Notes: generated by a model not told the origin, from the letters alone. Shown: positions 30,565 through 40,535, numbered from the stretch's first letter. The stretch: DNA of 64,000 bases from Candidatus Micrarchaeia archaeon (GCA_038886535.1 JAVZXS010000001.1:32001-96000), one strand, 5' to 3'. Program-made: numbers and translations.

Positions 30565-32982
30565 ATGAAGCATATCTATTGGTTTGAGGAGCTGAATAAA
30601 GACAGCCTTCCAATCGCCGGTGGAAAAGGCGCCAATCTTGGTGAGATGATCCGGGCTGGTTTTCCGATCCCACCTGGCTTCGTAGTTTCTGCTGATTCTT
30701 ATTATGAATATATAAAAAAATACGGAATAGACAAATTGATTATAGAGACATTGGAGAATTTAGATGTGGAGGATACTGCAAAACTGAACGAGGCTTCCAA
30801 AAAAATTTCAAATGCTATTCTTTCATATGAAATGCCTGAAGAGATTGCAAACCAGATAATAGAAGCATATTCCCAATTAAAAAATAGAACAGGTTCGAAA
30901 ATAGAATATGTTGCAGTAAGAAGCAGTGCCACTGCGGAAGACGTACCTAGTGCTTCCTTTGCAGGCCAACAGGCATCATTTCTCAATATCTACGGGGAAC
31001 AAGCATTAATAGATGCAGTTAAAAGATGCTGGGCATCTCTTTTTACTCCTCGTGCAATCTATTATCGAGTGCGACAGGGATTTGAGCATTCTAAGGTGAA
31101 GATTGCTGTTGTTGTTCAGCACATGGTCCAATCAGAAAAAGCAGGTGTTTTCTTCACTGTGGATCCGGTTTCTCAAGATCCAAACAAGATGGTGATAGAG
31201 GCAGCATTCGGACTTGGAGAAACAGTTGTTTCTGGAGCAATTACACCAGATACATATATCATAAACAAAAGCACACTAGATATAATACATAAGCATATTG
31301 CAAAACAGGAATGGATGCTAATAAAATCTGAAAATGCAAATGTAAAGTTAGGTATAAAAGCAGAATATCAAAACATGCAAAAACTTGAAGATGAAAAAAT
31401 AATAGAATTAGCAAAAATAGGAAGAGAAATAGAAAAGCATTATAAGTGGCCACAGGATATAGAATGGGCATCAGAGGGAGGAAGACTGTTTATCGTTCAA
31501 TCAAGACCAGTTACAACATTGAAGAAAGAAGTGACAGAAAGTTTTGTCAGAGAGATGAAGCAAAAAGAGGTTGAAAATATAGAAGCATATCCTTCTGTAA
31601 GAACTGAAGAAAAGGTGGAAACAATGGAAACTGAGACAAAGGTAGAGAAAGGTTCAATAATACTTAGGGGATTACCAGCAAGTCCTGGGTTTGCAACTGG
31701 TAAAGTAAGAGTTATATTAGATATTTCTGATCTTCCATCAATGCAATCAGGGGAAATATTAGTTACAAAGATGACAACCCCTGATTTTGTTCCAGCAATG
31801 AGAAAGGCATCCGCAATTATTACAGATGAAGGCGGATTGACTTCACATGCAGCAATTGTAAGCAGAGAACTCGGTGTTCCTGCTGTGATAGGAACAGAAA
31901 AAGCAACATCTATTCTAAAAAATGAAATGCTTGTTACAGTAGATGCAAACAAAGGAATCATTTATGAGGGAAAGGTTGATCTTACAGAAGTACCAAAGCA
32001 ACCTGCATCAATATCTGGTGAGATTCTACCAGTCACAGCAACCAAGATCTATGTTAATCTTGCAGAACCAGACATGGCTGAAAAGATAGCAAAGCTATCC
32101 GTTGACGGGGTTGGCTTATTGCGTGCAGAGTTTATGATAGCGTCTATAGGCGAGCATCCAAAGAAGATGTTAAAAGAAGGAAGAGAGCAGGAGTTTATAG
32201 ATAGACTTGCAGATGGGATAGCTAAGATTGCAGGCGCATTTTATCCAAGACCGGTTGTCTACAGAGCAACTGATTTCAAGACAAACGAATACAGAAACCT
32301 AAAAGGTGGAGAAGAGTTTGAACCAAAAGAAGAAAATCCAATGATGGGTTATAGGGGAGCAATGAGGTATATAAAGGAGCCTGAGCTTTTCAAGATGGAA
32401 TTAAAGGCAATTAAAAAAGTCAGGGAAGAATTTCAGCTGAAAAATGTATGGCTGATGATTCCATTTGTAAGGAGATCAGAACAGATAGTAAAGATAAAGA
32501 AAATCATGGAAGAGGAAGGTTTGCATCAATCAAAAGACTTTAAGCTTTGGATCATGATTGAAGTTCCAAGCACTGTTTTCATGATTGAAGAGATATGTCA
32601 GACTGGAATTGATGGGATATCCATAGGAAGCAATGACTTAACACAACTTATACTAGGAGTAGATAGAGACAATTCATCTATTGCATCTGAGTTTGATGAG
32701 AGAAGCACAGCTGTTTTAAGAGCAATACAATATGTAATAAAAGTCTGCAGAAAATATGGAGTAACAACATCAATATGCGGCCAGGCACCTTCAGTTTATC
32801 CAGAGATAGCTGAAAAATTAGTTGAATTCGGAGTTACAAGCATATCTGTCAATCCAGATGCAATCGAAAGAACAAGAAAGATAGTTGCTGCAGCTGAACA
32901 AAAAGTTTTACTTGAAAGAACAAGGAAAATATTAGAAAAGATTGGAATAGAAGATGAACAAGTTAAGCACACTAAAACATGA
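30565..32982 (+). CDS. ppsA: phosphoenolpyruvate synthase
   Basis: GGKGANLGE, AVRSSATAED, SFAGQ, GG.TSHAAIVSRELG phospho-His, GLLRAEF, SIGSNDLTQ and ICGQAPS motifs. Confidence 0.97.
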   Translation: MKHIYWFEELNKDSLPIAGGKGANLGEMIRAGFPIPPGFVVSADSYYEYIKKYGIDKLIIETLENLDVEDTAKLNEASKKISNAILSYEMPEEIANQIIEAYSQLKNRTGSKIEYVAVRSSATAEDVPSASFAGQQASFLNIYGEQALIDAVKRCWASLFTPRAIYYRVRQGFEHSKVKIAVVVQHMVQSEKAGVFFTVDPVSQDPNKMVIEAAFGLGETVVSGAITPDTYIINKSTLDIIHKHIAKQEWMLIKSENANVKLGIKAEYQNMQKLEDEKIIELAKIGREIEKHYKWPQDIEWASEGGRLFIVQSRPVTTLKKEVTESFVREMKQKEVENIEAYPSVRTEEKVETMETETKVEKGSIILRGLPASPGFATGKVRVILDISDLPSMQSGEILVTKMTTPDFVPAMRKASAIITDEGGLTSHAAIVSRELGVPAVIGTEKATSILKNEMLVTVDANKGIIYEGKVDLTEVPKQPASISGEILPVTATKIYVNLAEPDMAEKIAKLSVDGVGLLRAEFMIASIGEHPKKMLKEGREQEFIDRLADGIAKIAGAFYPRPVVYRATDFKTNEYRNLKGGEEFEPKEENPMMGYRGAMRYIKEPELFKMELKAIKKVREEFQLKNVWLMIPFVRRSEQIVKIKKIMEEEGLHQSKDFKLWIMIEVPSTVFMIEEICQTGIDGISIGSNDLTQLILGVDRDNSSIASEFDERSTAVLRAIQYVIKVCRKYGVTTSICGQAPSVYPEIAEKLVEFGVTSISVNPDAIERTRKIVAAAEQKVLLERTRKILEKIGIEDEQVKHTKT

Positions 32983-33075
32983 TCTCTATTTCTAATGTTT
33001 CTTTCTGTTTGTTTTTTATTCTTTTTCGTATTATCTTATTTATCACATTTACAGGTTAGGCTTAAGGTGTAATAA

Positions 33076-33726
33076 ATGGTTATTTATGTTGGTCTTTCAG
33101 GTACGATGCTTAGTGGAAAGGGTTTGATAAGAGAAATCATAAAGAAGAATTTCAAGACTTACGATATTAGTTTGTCTGATATGTTAAGAGAAGAGGCAGA
33201 TAGAAGAGGAATTGAAAAGACAAGAGACAATCTTAGGGATTTAGCAGATGAATTAAGATTGAAAAACGGACCAGGCATATTGGCTGAATTAGCAATAAAA
33301 AAATTCCAGTCCTTAGGAGATAAAATCCTAGATTATGAGGTAGTGGTAATAGATTCTATAAGGAATCCATGGGAAGCAGAAGCTCTAAGACAGACATTCA
33401 AGAAATACTTCTATTTGATTTTCGTAGATGCAGATGTAAGAATTAGATATGAGAGAGCACTTTCAAGAAAAAGAGAAGGAGAGGAAGTAATGGACTTTGA
33501 ATCATTCAAAGAACGTGATCACGAAGAGATGGCTGGAAGAGAGGACAGAAAGATAGAAGATACTGAAAGTGAACATGGCGGTGTAATAGATTATGGAGTA
33601 AATTTAGCAGCATGCTTAAGGAAAGCAAATGTTAGATTGATTAATGAAGGTTCAAGGGAGGAGATAGAGGAAAAAGTAGTTTCTCTAATTAAGAAAAGAA
33701 TGGAGGAGGTCAAAAAACCTATCTAA
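33076..33726 (+). CDS. P-loop nucleotide kinase (dephospho-CoA kinase-like)
   Basis: GLSG...SGKG P-loop, SD..REE, DSIRN..E, VDA....RYER and I.NEGS motifs. Confidence 0.75.
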   Translation: MVIYVGLSGTMLSGKGLIREIIKKNFKTYDISLSDMLREEADRRGIEKTRDNLRDLADELRLKNGPGILAELAIKKFQSLGDKILDYEVVVIDSIRNPWEAEALRQTFKKYFYLIFVDADVRIRYERALSRKREGEEVMDFESFKERDHEEMAGREDRKIEDTESEHGGVIDYGVNLAACLRKANVRLINEGSREEIEEKVVSLIKKRMEEVKKPI

Positions 33727-33776
33727 TAATCTTACAGACTTATGTGGGAGCAATATAGAGCAATATAAGTGATGAA

Positions 33777-34799
33777 ATGGTTATCGCACTAAAAGTTGAA
33801 AAGAAAAACGCCGAAAAGGCAAGAAGATTCCTTATCTCAAAGAAGCTAATAAATTTTAATTACAATCCATCTTCAAATAATGATTTCGTATTCTTTCCGT
33901 TAGATGAAAATATAAAAGAAAAAATGGAAGAATTAAATCAACTTAATTTCAAATTCGAACTATGTAAAAAAAGATTGAGAAAAAAAGAGAGCAAAAAAGT
34001 CAGTCTTCCTCCATTTGATATAATTGGTGATGTAGCAATATTCGAATTGCCAAAAGAATACAAAGATTTGCCTGAAAAACAAAAAGAAAAAATATCTAAA
34101 AAGATTGCATCGGATATAATGGAGCAGCATAAAAACATAAAATCAGTAGCAGTTAAAACAGGGGGAATAAAAGGTCCGTTTAGAATAAGGTCATTTAAAG
34201 TTGTTGCAGGAAGGAAGTCAACTCTTACAATACATAAGGAGCACGGTTGTAGATTCAAGCTAGATGTTTCAAAGGCATATTATTCCCCAAGATTAAGTTA
34301 TGAAAGAAAAAGAATTAACTCATTAGTAAAAGATGGGGAAACAGTATTTGTTCCATTCGCGGGTGTTGGACCTTTTGCTTTAATAATAGCAAAGAACCAT
34401 CCTAATTCAAAGGTCTATGCTAATGAACTAAATCCAGACGCATACAGCTATCTTATAGAAAACATCAAATTAAATAAGCTCACAAACGTAATTTCAATTC
34501 CTGGTGATGCGAGAGATTTATTGAAGAAAAAGGAGTATGAAGGAATAGCGGACAGAGTAATCATGCCTCTTCCTATGTCTGCAGATCAATTTCTTGATGT
34601 TGCTTTTTATCTGGTAAAGAATGGAGGAATTGTTCATTTCTATCATTTTACAGATTCAATTGAGAATGCAGAAAAAATTGTAAGCGAGGCTGCGAAAAAA
34701 CAAAAGAAAAAAATAAAGATTCTTCAATCAAGATTGGTAAGGGATTATTCTCCAGATATAATTGAGGTAGTGGTTGATTTTCAAGTATTAAATATTTAA
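33777..34799 (+). CDS. trm5: tRNA G37 methyltransferase, Trm5/Met-10+ family
   Basis: FDIIGDVAI, HKEHGC.F.LD...Y.SPRL..ER, PFAGVGPF, NELNP, DRVIMPLP and HFY motifs. Confidence 0.9.
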   Translation: MVIALKVEKKNAEKARRFLISKKLINFNYNPSSNNDFVFFPLDENIKEKMEELNQLNFKFELCKKRLRKKESKKVSLPPFDIIGDVAIFELPKEYKDLPEKQKEKISKKIASDIMEQHKNIKSVAVKTGGIKGPFRIRSFKVVAGRKSTLTIHKEHGCRFKLDVSKAYYSPRLSYERKRINSLVKDGETVFVPFAGVGPFALIIAKNHPNSKVYANELNPDAYSYLIENIKLNKLTNVISIPGDARDLLKKKEYEGIADRVIMPLPMSADQFLDVAFYLVKNGGIVHFYHFTDSIENAEKIVSEAAKKQKKKIKILQSRLVRDYSPDIIEVVVDFQVLNI

Positions 34800-34869
34800 A
34801 TAATTATCGTTCTATTAATATATCAGACCAAGAGGCAGAGGCGAGACGATTACCGAAGGGTTAGACAAG

Positions 34870-35652
34870 ATGTTCGCGCAAAAGATAAAAGAGCAGGAAG
34901 TTGCCTCAGAGTCTAAGGTAAATGAGCAGAGAGAAAATTCTATTTTTGATAAAAACCTACTTATCGAAGATGCGTCTGATTTTTCAGACTTTGCAGACTA
35001 TAGGAGAGTTTGCGTTCCTATAAGATGCGGCTCAAGAATGGGTATCGTTTGTACTTTTTCGCACAAAGATAATCTTGATTCTAAGTTTGATACTCTTTAT
35101 ATAACAGGATTAAAGGATTTAATTGAATATAAAAAATATATAGAATCAGAAAAAATGAATTTTGATGTAGGTCCTGCTTATGCTATTGCTGCTATAATTG
35201 AAGATGGAGATTACTATAGATTTCTTTCAAAATTTATAGGAAAAATAAAAATGAATGATTTTGAACATATATTTCAAGTTAAAGAAAATGGAGAAACATA
35301 TCACATTCTTCCTTCAAAATATGAAACTGCATTTGGAAATATTGAGCAAATAGGATTGATCAGATTTTCGATTATTAAAGCATTTGGCATATCTGAATTT
35401 ACAAAAGAAAAGAGTGAAATAAATAAATTCATAATTGATTGGTTTGGTCAAAATAATAGTGAAAACGCAAAAAGATTAAGAAATATTCTAAACAATTCAA
35501 AGAGAAATAGAATTAAAGATATAGACCGAGAATTTTCTAATTGCATTATTTATGAAGGTATTTTTGAGAAGATTAAAACTTCATTTGAATTGGAAAATCT
35601 TGTGAATAAACTAAAGTTGTATATCGAATCAAATAGTAAGGAAATAGAATGA
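34870..35652 (+). CDS. hypothetical protein
   Basis: 260-aa ORF; no family recognised. Confidence 0.7.
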   Translation: MFAQKIKEQEVASESKVNEQRENSIFDKNLLIEDASDFSDFADYRRVCVPIRCGSRMGIVCTFSHKDNLDSKFDTLYITGLKDLIEYKKYIESEKMNFDVGPAYAIAAIIEDGDYYRFLSKFIGKIKMNDFEHIFQVKENGETYHILPSKYETAFGNIEQIGLIRFSIIKAFGISEFTKEKSEINKFIIDWFGQNNSENAKRLRNILNNSKRNRIKDIDREFSNCIIYEGIFEKIKTSFELENLVNKLKLYIESNSKEIE

Positions 35653-35665
35653 ATTATAAAAAAAG

Positions 35666-35738
35666 TGGCCCCGCGGAGAATCGAACTCCGAATCTTCACC
35701 TTGTAAGGGTGACGTCTTAACCATTCGACTACAGGGCC
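35666..35738 (-). tRNA. tRNA-Val(TAC)
   Basis: GGCCCTG...TCACC-CT-TAC-AA-GGTGA...CGGAG-TTCGATT-CTCCG-CGGGGCC-A. Confidence 0.95.
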
Positions 35739-35858
35739 GAAACATACAACGAAAATAAAGATCAGACTATAATATTATAGTATCTTGGATTTTTAAACTT
35801 TAATATTTATCCATTTTTATCTACAATCGATATCTATCTAAAATCAGATGGTGAAAGC

Positions 35859-36269
35859 ATGAATTCTTATACCGAATATCTTTGGTTTAATACAAAAAAG
35901 GAAAGAGAGATAATAAACATTACAAACCAGATAGAGGAAATTGTTAAGAAGAGCAAGGTGAAGGAAGGATTCTGTTTGGTTAGTGCAATGCATATAACTG
36001 CAGCTATATGGGTTAATGATGAAGAACCTGGATTAAAGGAAGATGTTATGGAATGGCTTGAGAGGCTTGCACCAAAAGCAGACTACAAGCATCACAGGAC
36101 AGGTGAAACAAATGGCGATGCCCATCTTAAGCGCACGCTAATACACCATCAGGTAGTACTGCCTATAACAAACGGTGAACTTGATCTTGGTCCTTGGGAG
36201 CAAGTGTTCTATATGGAGTTTGACGGACAAAGAAGGAAAAGAGTTATAGTAAAGATAATCGGAGAATAA
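35859..36269 (+). CDS. yjbQ: YjbQ/UPF0047 family protein (second paralog)
   Basis: SAMHITA...[16 protein letters not shown] and [17 protein letters not shown] motifs. Confidence 0.93.
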   Translation: MNSYTEYLWFNTKKEREIINITNQIEEIVKKSKVKEGFCLVSAMHITAAIWVNDEEPGLKEDVMEWLERLAPKADYKHHRTGETNGDAHLKRTLIHHQVVLPITNGELDLGPWEQVFYMEFDGQRRKRVIVKIIGE

Positions 36270-36273
36270 TCTA

Positions 36274-36585
36274 TCAAATATCTTGTTCTTTACTTTTTAT
36301 TTTTCCAAAAAGAATCCTCAATTCCTGTTTTGCCTTTTCCAAAATTATCTTTCTTTCAGGTTTTAATCTTCTTCCAGCTCGATTTATATAGAAATTTAAC
36401 ATAGACATTGCAGATTGGAAAGGAGCTCCTTTTCTTGCAATGCTTTCTTCTGCAGATTGTTTCAATGACTTTGCTATTCTTTTTGGATCTTTCCAAGTAA
36501 AGACACCAGGTTCTAGTGATAGTGCAAAACTATGCTATGTCATATATTGTGACCACTTTTTCTTTCTTTTATTTTTTGTTCTCAT
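36274..36585 (-). pseudogene. DUF3175-like gene interrupted by an in-frame TAG (36535..36537)
   Basis: MRTKNKRKKKWSQYMT*HSFALSLEPGVFTWKDPKRIAKSLKQSAE...PFQSAMSMLNFYINRAG: family-like sequence continues in frame across the stop. Confidence 0.78.
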
Positions 36586-36586
36586 T

Positions 36587-36961
36587 TCATTCGTTCGGTT
36601 CTCCTTGTCCCAAGAGCTGGATTCCATGTCCACCTCTATATCTAGGTATCACATGAATATGGAGATGCATTATAACTTGACCTGCAGCCTCTCCGTTGTT
36701 TGAACCAATATTATACCCTTTAGGTTTTTCCTTTCCTACACTCTTCTCAATTTTTTCTTTTACCTTATTCAAAATCAAAGGCAATTCTTTTCCTTCTTCT
36801 TCATTCATTTCAAACATATTAACTATGTGTCTTTTCGGTATTATCATAGCATGCCCTTTTGAAACAGGGTATTTGTCCCAAACAGCAAATAGGTTCTTAG
36901 TTTCTGCGATATAATTCTCTTTCATTTCAGCAAGCTTACAAAAAATACAATTATTTTCCAT
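36587..36961 (-). CDS. HIT family hydrolase
   Basis: CIFC, DKYPVSKGH, NNG.AAGQ and HLHIHVIPR motifs. Confidence 0.95.
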   Translation of the reverse strand: MENNCIFCKLAEMKENYIAETKNLFAVWDKYPVSKGHAMIIPKRHIVNMFEMNEEEGKELPLILNKVKEKIEKSVGKEKPKGYNIGSNNGEAAGQVIMHLHIHVIPRYRGGHGIQLLGQGEPNE

Positions 36962-37025
36962 CTCTTCACCTTCTTAATACTCAAATTTTCATAAGATTAA
37001 TTTTTATAATAATCTAGAATAATTT

Positions 37026-37544
37026 TCAGAATAATTCTTCCGCGGATTTGAAATTAGTGTATTTGTTTATTTTTTTTGTTATTTCATCTTTTTTAGGGTT
37101 TTTATTGAGCTCTTCTAAGATTGCTTTTATATTTTTGTATCTCTTTAATCTATGTTCATCTATCTTTATATCTGCCTCTAACAATTTTTCTTCTTCCAAT
37201 ATCATATCCTTTATCTTAGTAAGTAGTTTTTTCACTCCTTTAATTTCCTCGTTTTTCTTCTCTTTTTTCATTTTTTCCAGTTTCATTTTATTTTCAACCA
37301 ATCTTTTTTCTATTTCTGGAATTGAGATATTAAGATCATCGATTGCTTCGGTTCTTAATTTTCCTCGAGGAGAGTTTAAGCCAATTGTTTCAATTATTCT
37401 TTGTGGTGACAAACCATTCTTTTCCGCTAATTTTAAAATAAATTTGGCTTCTTCATCAGTAAATTTACATTTCTTTTTATAGTGCTCTAATTCTTCTTTC
37501 CATTCAGGTTTAATACTCTCTGCCTTTTTAATTGCGAATGGCAT
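37026..37544 (-). CDS. hypothetical charged helical protein
   Basis: 172-aa Lys/Glu-rich ORF. Confidence 0.65.
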   Translation of the reverse strand: MPFAIKKAESIKPEWKEELEHYKKKCKFTDEEAKFILKLAEKNGLSPQRIIETIGLNSPRGKLRTEAIDDLNISIPEIEKRLVENKMKLEKMKKEKKNEEIKGVKKLLTKIKDMILEEEKLLEADIKIDEHRLKRYKNIKAILEELNKNPKKDEITKKINKYTNFKSAEELF

Positions 37545-37568
37545 TTAGTCGCCCCATTTCTGATTTTA

Positions 37569-37640
37569 TGGACCTGGCGCGACTCGAACGCGCAGCCTCA
37601 TCCATGCCATGGATGCGCTCTACCATTGAGCTACAGGCCC
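37569..37640 (-). tRNA. tRNA-Ala(GGC)
   Basis: GGGCCTG/CAGGTCC acceptor with G3:U70; CATCC-AT-GGC-AT-GGATG; GCGCG-TTCGAGT-CGCGC. Confidence 0.96.
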
Positions 37641-37765
37641 TTCAATATATGTATAAATAAATTAATAAAATAAGATTAAAAAACTTGATAGTAGAACAGC
37701 TAGATCTAAATCTAGCCATTCTTGCACGATAAATTAAAATTAGTAATTAAATTAAGTAAAAGAGG

Positions 37766-37999
37766 TTATGCTGGTGAGAAGAATACTATACTGTCTCCTC
37801 TTACTAGCATTGTACCTAATTTTCTTTTAATTTCTCCATTTTCAAGTTGTTCTGCATCCTGAAGAACAATATTCATATGTACATCATATGCAGTCATTGT
37901 TCCTCTAAGCTCTGTACCTCCTTTCAATCTTATTATAACTGGCTTGTTTAAGGCACCGTTCAATACATCAAATGGTCTATTTTCTGGCATTTCTCTCAC
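37766..37999 (-). CDS. Sm-like (LSm/SmAP) RNA-binding protein
   Basis: RPFDVL, G...AYD.HMN.VL..AE and VRGD motifs. Confidence 0.95.
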   Translation of the reverse strand: MREMPENRPFDVLNGALNKPVIIRLKGGTELRGTMTAYDVHMNIVLQDAEQLENGEIKRKLGTMLVRGDSIVFFSPA

Positions 38000-38064
38000 C
38001 TATAAAAAACAGCAAATCTCTGAATTTGCTTATTTTAATATTATACGGAAAGAGATTATAAATC

Positions 38065-38595
38065 TTATTCTTTCTTCCTGGGCTTACTCTCCATATGTCT
38101 TTTAATGAAATAAGCTCCACCAATTCCTCCCATGCCTATTCCTATTGCGAGATTAGCAAGGAACCTAATTTTTAATGTAGCAAGGGTAAGAAATGGGTCT
38201 ATCCCTGAAAGAGTAAGAAGAATAGTTGTTGTTTCAAAATCAAATATATTCCTGAAGAAAAGTGAGATAGAATCACCATAAAGAACAGCTATAACAATAA
38301 TTAAGGCAGTTCCAAGGAATGCGCCTATGAAACCAGTAATAACCCCCACTTTCATTGCATCATAAATAGTTATGTATTTTTCATAATAATCTCTTACTAA
38401 AGCAACTGCATAATAACCTCCAATTGCTGCAAGGGGAAATAATATATTTAATCCAGGTATTCCAAGAATTATTCCTATTATTAAACCGCCAATAAATGCA
38501 GGAGTTATTGCTTCTGCAAAAGAGACACTTTGGTTTTCTTTTATTTCCAATTCTTTTTTGATTCTTTTACCTAGTAGCTCTCTTAAGGTTACCAT
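38065..38595 (-). CDS. membrane protein
   Basis: About four Gly-rich hydrophobic helices. Confidence 0.75.
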   Translation of the reverse strand: MVTLRELLGKRIKKELEIKENQSVSFAEAITPAFIGGLIIGIILGIPGLNILFPLAAIGGYYAVALVRDYYEKYITIYDAMKVGVITGFIGAFLGTALIIVIAVLYGDSISLFFRNIFDFETTTILLTLSGIDPFLTLATLKIRFLANLAIGIGMGGIGGAYFIKRHMESKPRKKE

Positions 38596-38690
38596 TTGAT
38601 TACCTTTTAAATTTAAAGATCAGAACTCAAGACCTATTTCATTGGACATATGTCCTCAATACTCATAAGATTCATCATCTCATTAATATA

Positions 38691-38987
38691 TTATTCAAAT
38701 ATTGCTCCAAATCCGCCCGCTGCCGATTCCTCTTCTTTATGTATCATTTCTATTATTTCAGCTTCTTCCTTTTCGCTTGCTCTTTCTCCATTTATAGTTT
38801 TTAATTGTTCCTCAACAAATTTGAATACAGGTTCTTCTTCTGACTTTACATAAATAAATATAAATTCATCTTTCTCCTTAATTAAAGGAGCTATTCTACC
38901 AAATGATATAGGTGCATAAGGATCTTTTGCCATTAATGCATCCAACTCTTTCTTCTTGCTTTTTTCTACTTTATAAACTCTTTCCAT
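38691..38987 (-). CDS. hypothetical protein
   Basis: 98-aa ORF with DPYA.ISF and a C-terminal EEESAAGGFGAIF motif. Confidence 0.7.
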   Translation of the reverse strand: MERVYKVEKSKKKELDALMAKDPYAPISFGRIAPLIKEKDEFIFIYVKSEEEPVFKFVEEQLKTINGERASEKEEAEIIEMIHKEEESAAGGFGAIFE

Positions 38988-39032
38988 TATAATCCCTCTT
39001 TTTATATTAGCAGTTTAAGTATTTTAATTCTA

Positions 39033-39131
39033 AGCCCGAGAAGGGATTTGAACCCTTGACCTCCTGTTTACGAGATTCGCCGAAACTTTATTATAAGTTT
39101 CTCAGGCGCTCTACCACTGAGCTACTCGGGC
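39033..39131 (-). tRNA. tRNA-Thr(CGT) with a 27-nt intron at non-canonical position 30/31 (intron 39076..39102)
   Basis: GCCCGAG-TA-GCTC..GAGC-G-CCTG|AGAAACTTATAATAAAGTTTCGGCGAA|T-CT-CGT-AA-ACAGG..AAGGG-TTCAAAT-CCCTT-CTCGGGC-T; complete bulge-helix-bulge. Confidence 0.93.
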
Positions 39132-39184
39132 TTAAATATTATTTCCAGATTATGTTTATAAAGGATATCAATAAATTATTAGAT

Positions 39185-40480
39185 ATGAAACATCTAGTGA
39201 TTTTAGTTTTAATTTCATCTTTTTTAATTTTCGGATGCATTGGAATCGAGGAAATAATTTCAGAGCCGACTACTTTTAGCTTGAATGGTACAGTTAAATC
39301 AATTAATGGAGATGCAATTCCAAATGCAAAGATAGAGATGATTTCTAATAAAACATACTTCACATATAGCGATGACAATGGTTTTTATAAATTTTCAAAT
39401 CTTACACAAGGAAGCTATAAAATAAGAATAACTAAAGAAGGATATAAGGATTATAATCTTTCATTTATTTTTTATCCTGGAAGCTATGATTGGAATTTTA
39501 CATTAGTTAAAGACTGTTTATATTATGAAATTCCAACAAAAAGAGATTATTTAGTTATATATGGTTATAATGGAACTTTGTATCGTACAGAATTAACTTG
39601 TGATTTACCTTATCCTGAAAATTCATTATTAAATATTTCTTTTGATGGAACAAAAAAAGATATTTATTATATTGGTCAGAATAGAATGGTACGACTTTCA
39701 ATCGATAATATTAATCAGAAATATAATTCAATCAAGTTCTATTTTTTAATTGCGCTTAATGGAACTAATAGCATAAAGATATTTGAAAGAAAGGAGACAA
39801 CTATACAGGAGGCTTCATCTTTAATGCAAAATTATCTTGGAGAAAGGACAATGACCGATGTTTCAACAGGAAAGACAAAGAAAATGATTGATCCAAATAA
39901 TGAAGAAATTAAGATGATTGTCACAGACATTAAGAAAAGAGTAAACAGTGATAATGTTTGGGATGTAGCAAGGGAATTATTCATTTGGCTTAAAAACAAT
40001 ACTTCCTATTTCAATCAAGGCGGGGTAGACGAATATGTTCAGTCTCCAGCTGAGATGATGAAATCAAGGAAAGGTGACTGTGATGAACTAAGCTATCTTT
40101 ATATCTCTCTTCTCAGGGCAGCAGGTATTCCTTCGAGATATGTAGAAGGGTTTTTAGCCAAAGAAAATGAAACTAGGTTCGTAAGGCATATGTGGGTTGA
40201 ATTTTACGATGGAGAGTGGGTACCAGTGGAGGTAGCAGGAACTGGAAAAATTGAAGATGAAGTTAATACTAATTTCGGTGTTGAAAGAAACATACACGTC
40301 CCAATCTTTATAGATGATGGGACACAGGCATCTTTCGAAAGAACCGGATGCAAATATAAGTATTATGTTCAAAAGCCAGAAGTATCAAATTATGCCTATT
40401 ATACTTCAATACCATTTGATGAAGCGTATATTGCAGTTTGTAGTAATGGAGAAAGATATATTACTTATCAAAAAGAATAG
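39185..40480 (+). CDS. lipoprotein with a carboxypeptidase-regulatory-like Ig domain and a transglutaminase-like domain
   Basis: Start reassigned to MKHLV because the ORF-track start overlaps the tRNA; lipobox LIFGC; G.V....G..IPNA...D.NG.Y.F..L..G.Y.I...KEGY; GDCDELS..LLRAAGIP.RYV.G..HMWVE. Confidence 0.88.
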   Translation: MKHLVILVLISSFLIFGCIGIEEIISEPTTFSLNGTVKSINGDAIPNAKIEMISNKTYFTYSDDNGFYKFSNLTQGSYKIRITKEGYKDYNLSFIFYPGSYDWNFTLVKDCLYYEIPTKRDYLVIYGYNGTLYRTELTCDLPYPENSLLNISFDGTKKDIYYIGQNRMVRLSIDNINQKYNSIKFYFLIALNGTNSIKIFERKETTIQEASSLMQNYLGERTMTDVSTGKTKKMIDPNNEEIKMIVTDIKKRVNSDNVWDVARELFIWLKNNTSYFNQGGVDEYVQSPAEMMKSRKGDCDELSYLYISLLRAAGIPSRYVEGFLAKENETRFVRHMWVEFYDGEWVPVEVAGTGKIEDEVNTNFGVERNIHVPIFIDDGTQASFERTGCKYKYYVQKPEVSNYAYYTSIPFDEAYIAVCSNGERYITYQKE

Positions 40481-40535
40481 AAATTTAAATTCAAAAAACG
40501 TTAGTTAATATAACAGTTAAGACAAGTGATATTAT

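Noticed and set aside
35766..35781. Perfect 16-bp palindrome ACTATAATATTATAGT between tRNA-Val and yjbQ
   Set aside because: Almost all A/T and only one copy seen; not distinguishable from chance
37569..37640. A32-U38 pair in the tRNA-Ala(GGC) anticodon loop as an anomaly
   Set aside because: A known feature of tRNA-Ala(GGC)
37693..37722. Hairpin AGAA-CA-GCTAGAT-CTAA-ATCTAGC-CA-TTCT between the Sm gene and tRNA-Ala
   Set aside because: A single short stem with no supporting context; function cannot be assigned
39056..39184. N-terminal extension of the 474-aa ORF in the ORF track
   Set aside because: It overlaps tRNA-Thr on the opposite strand; the lipoprotein signal begins at ATG 39185
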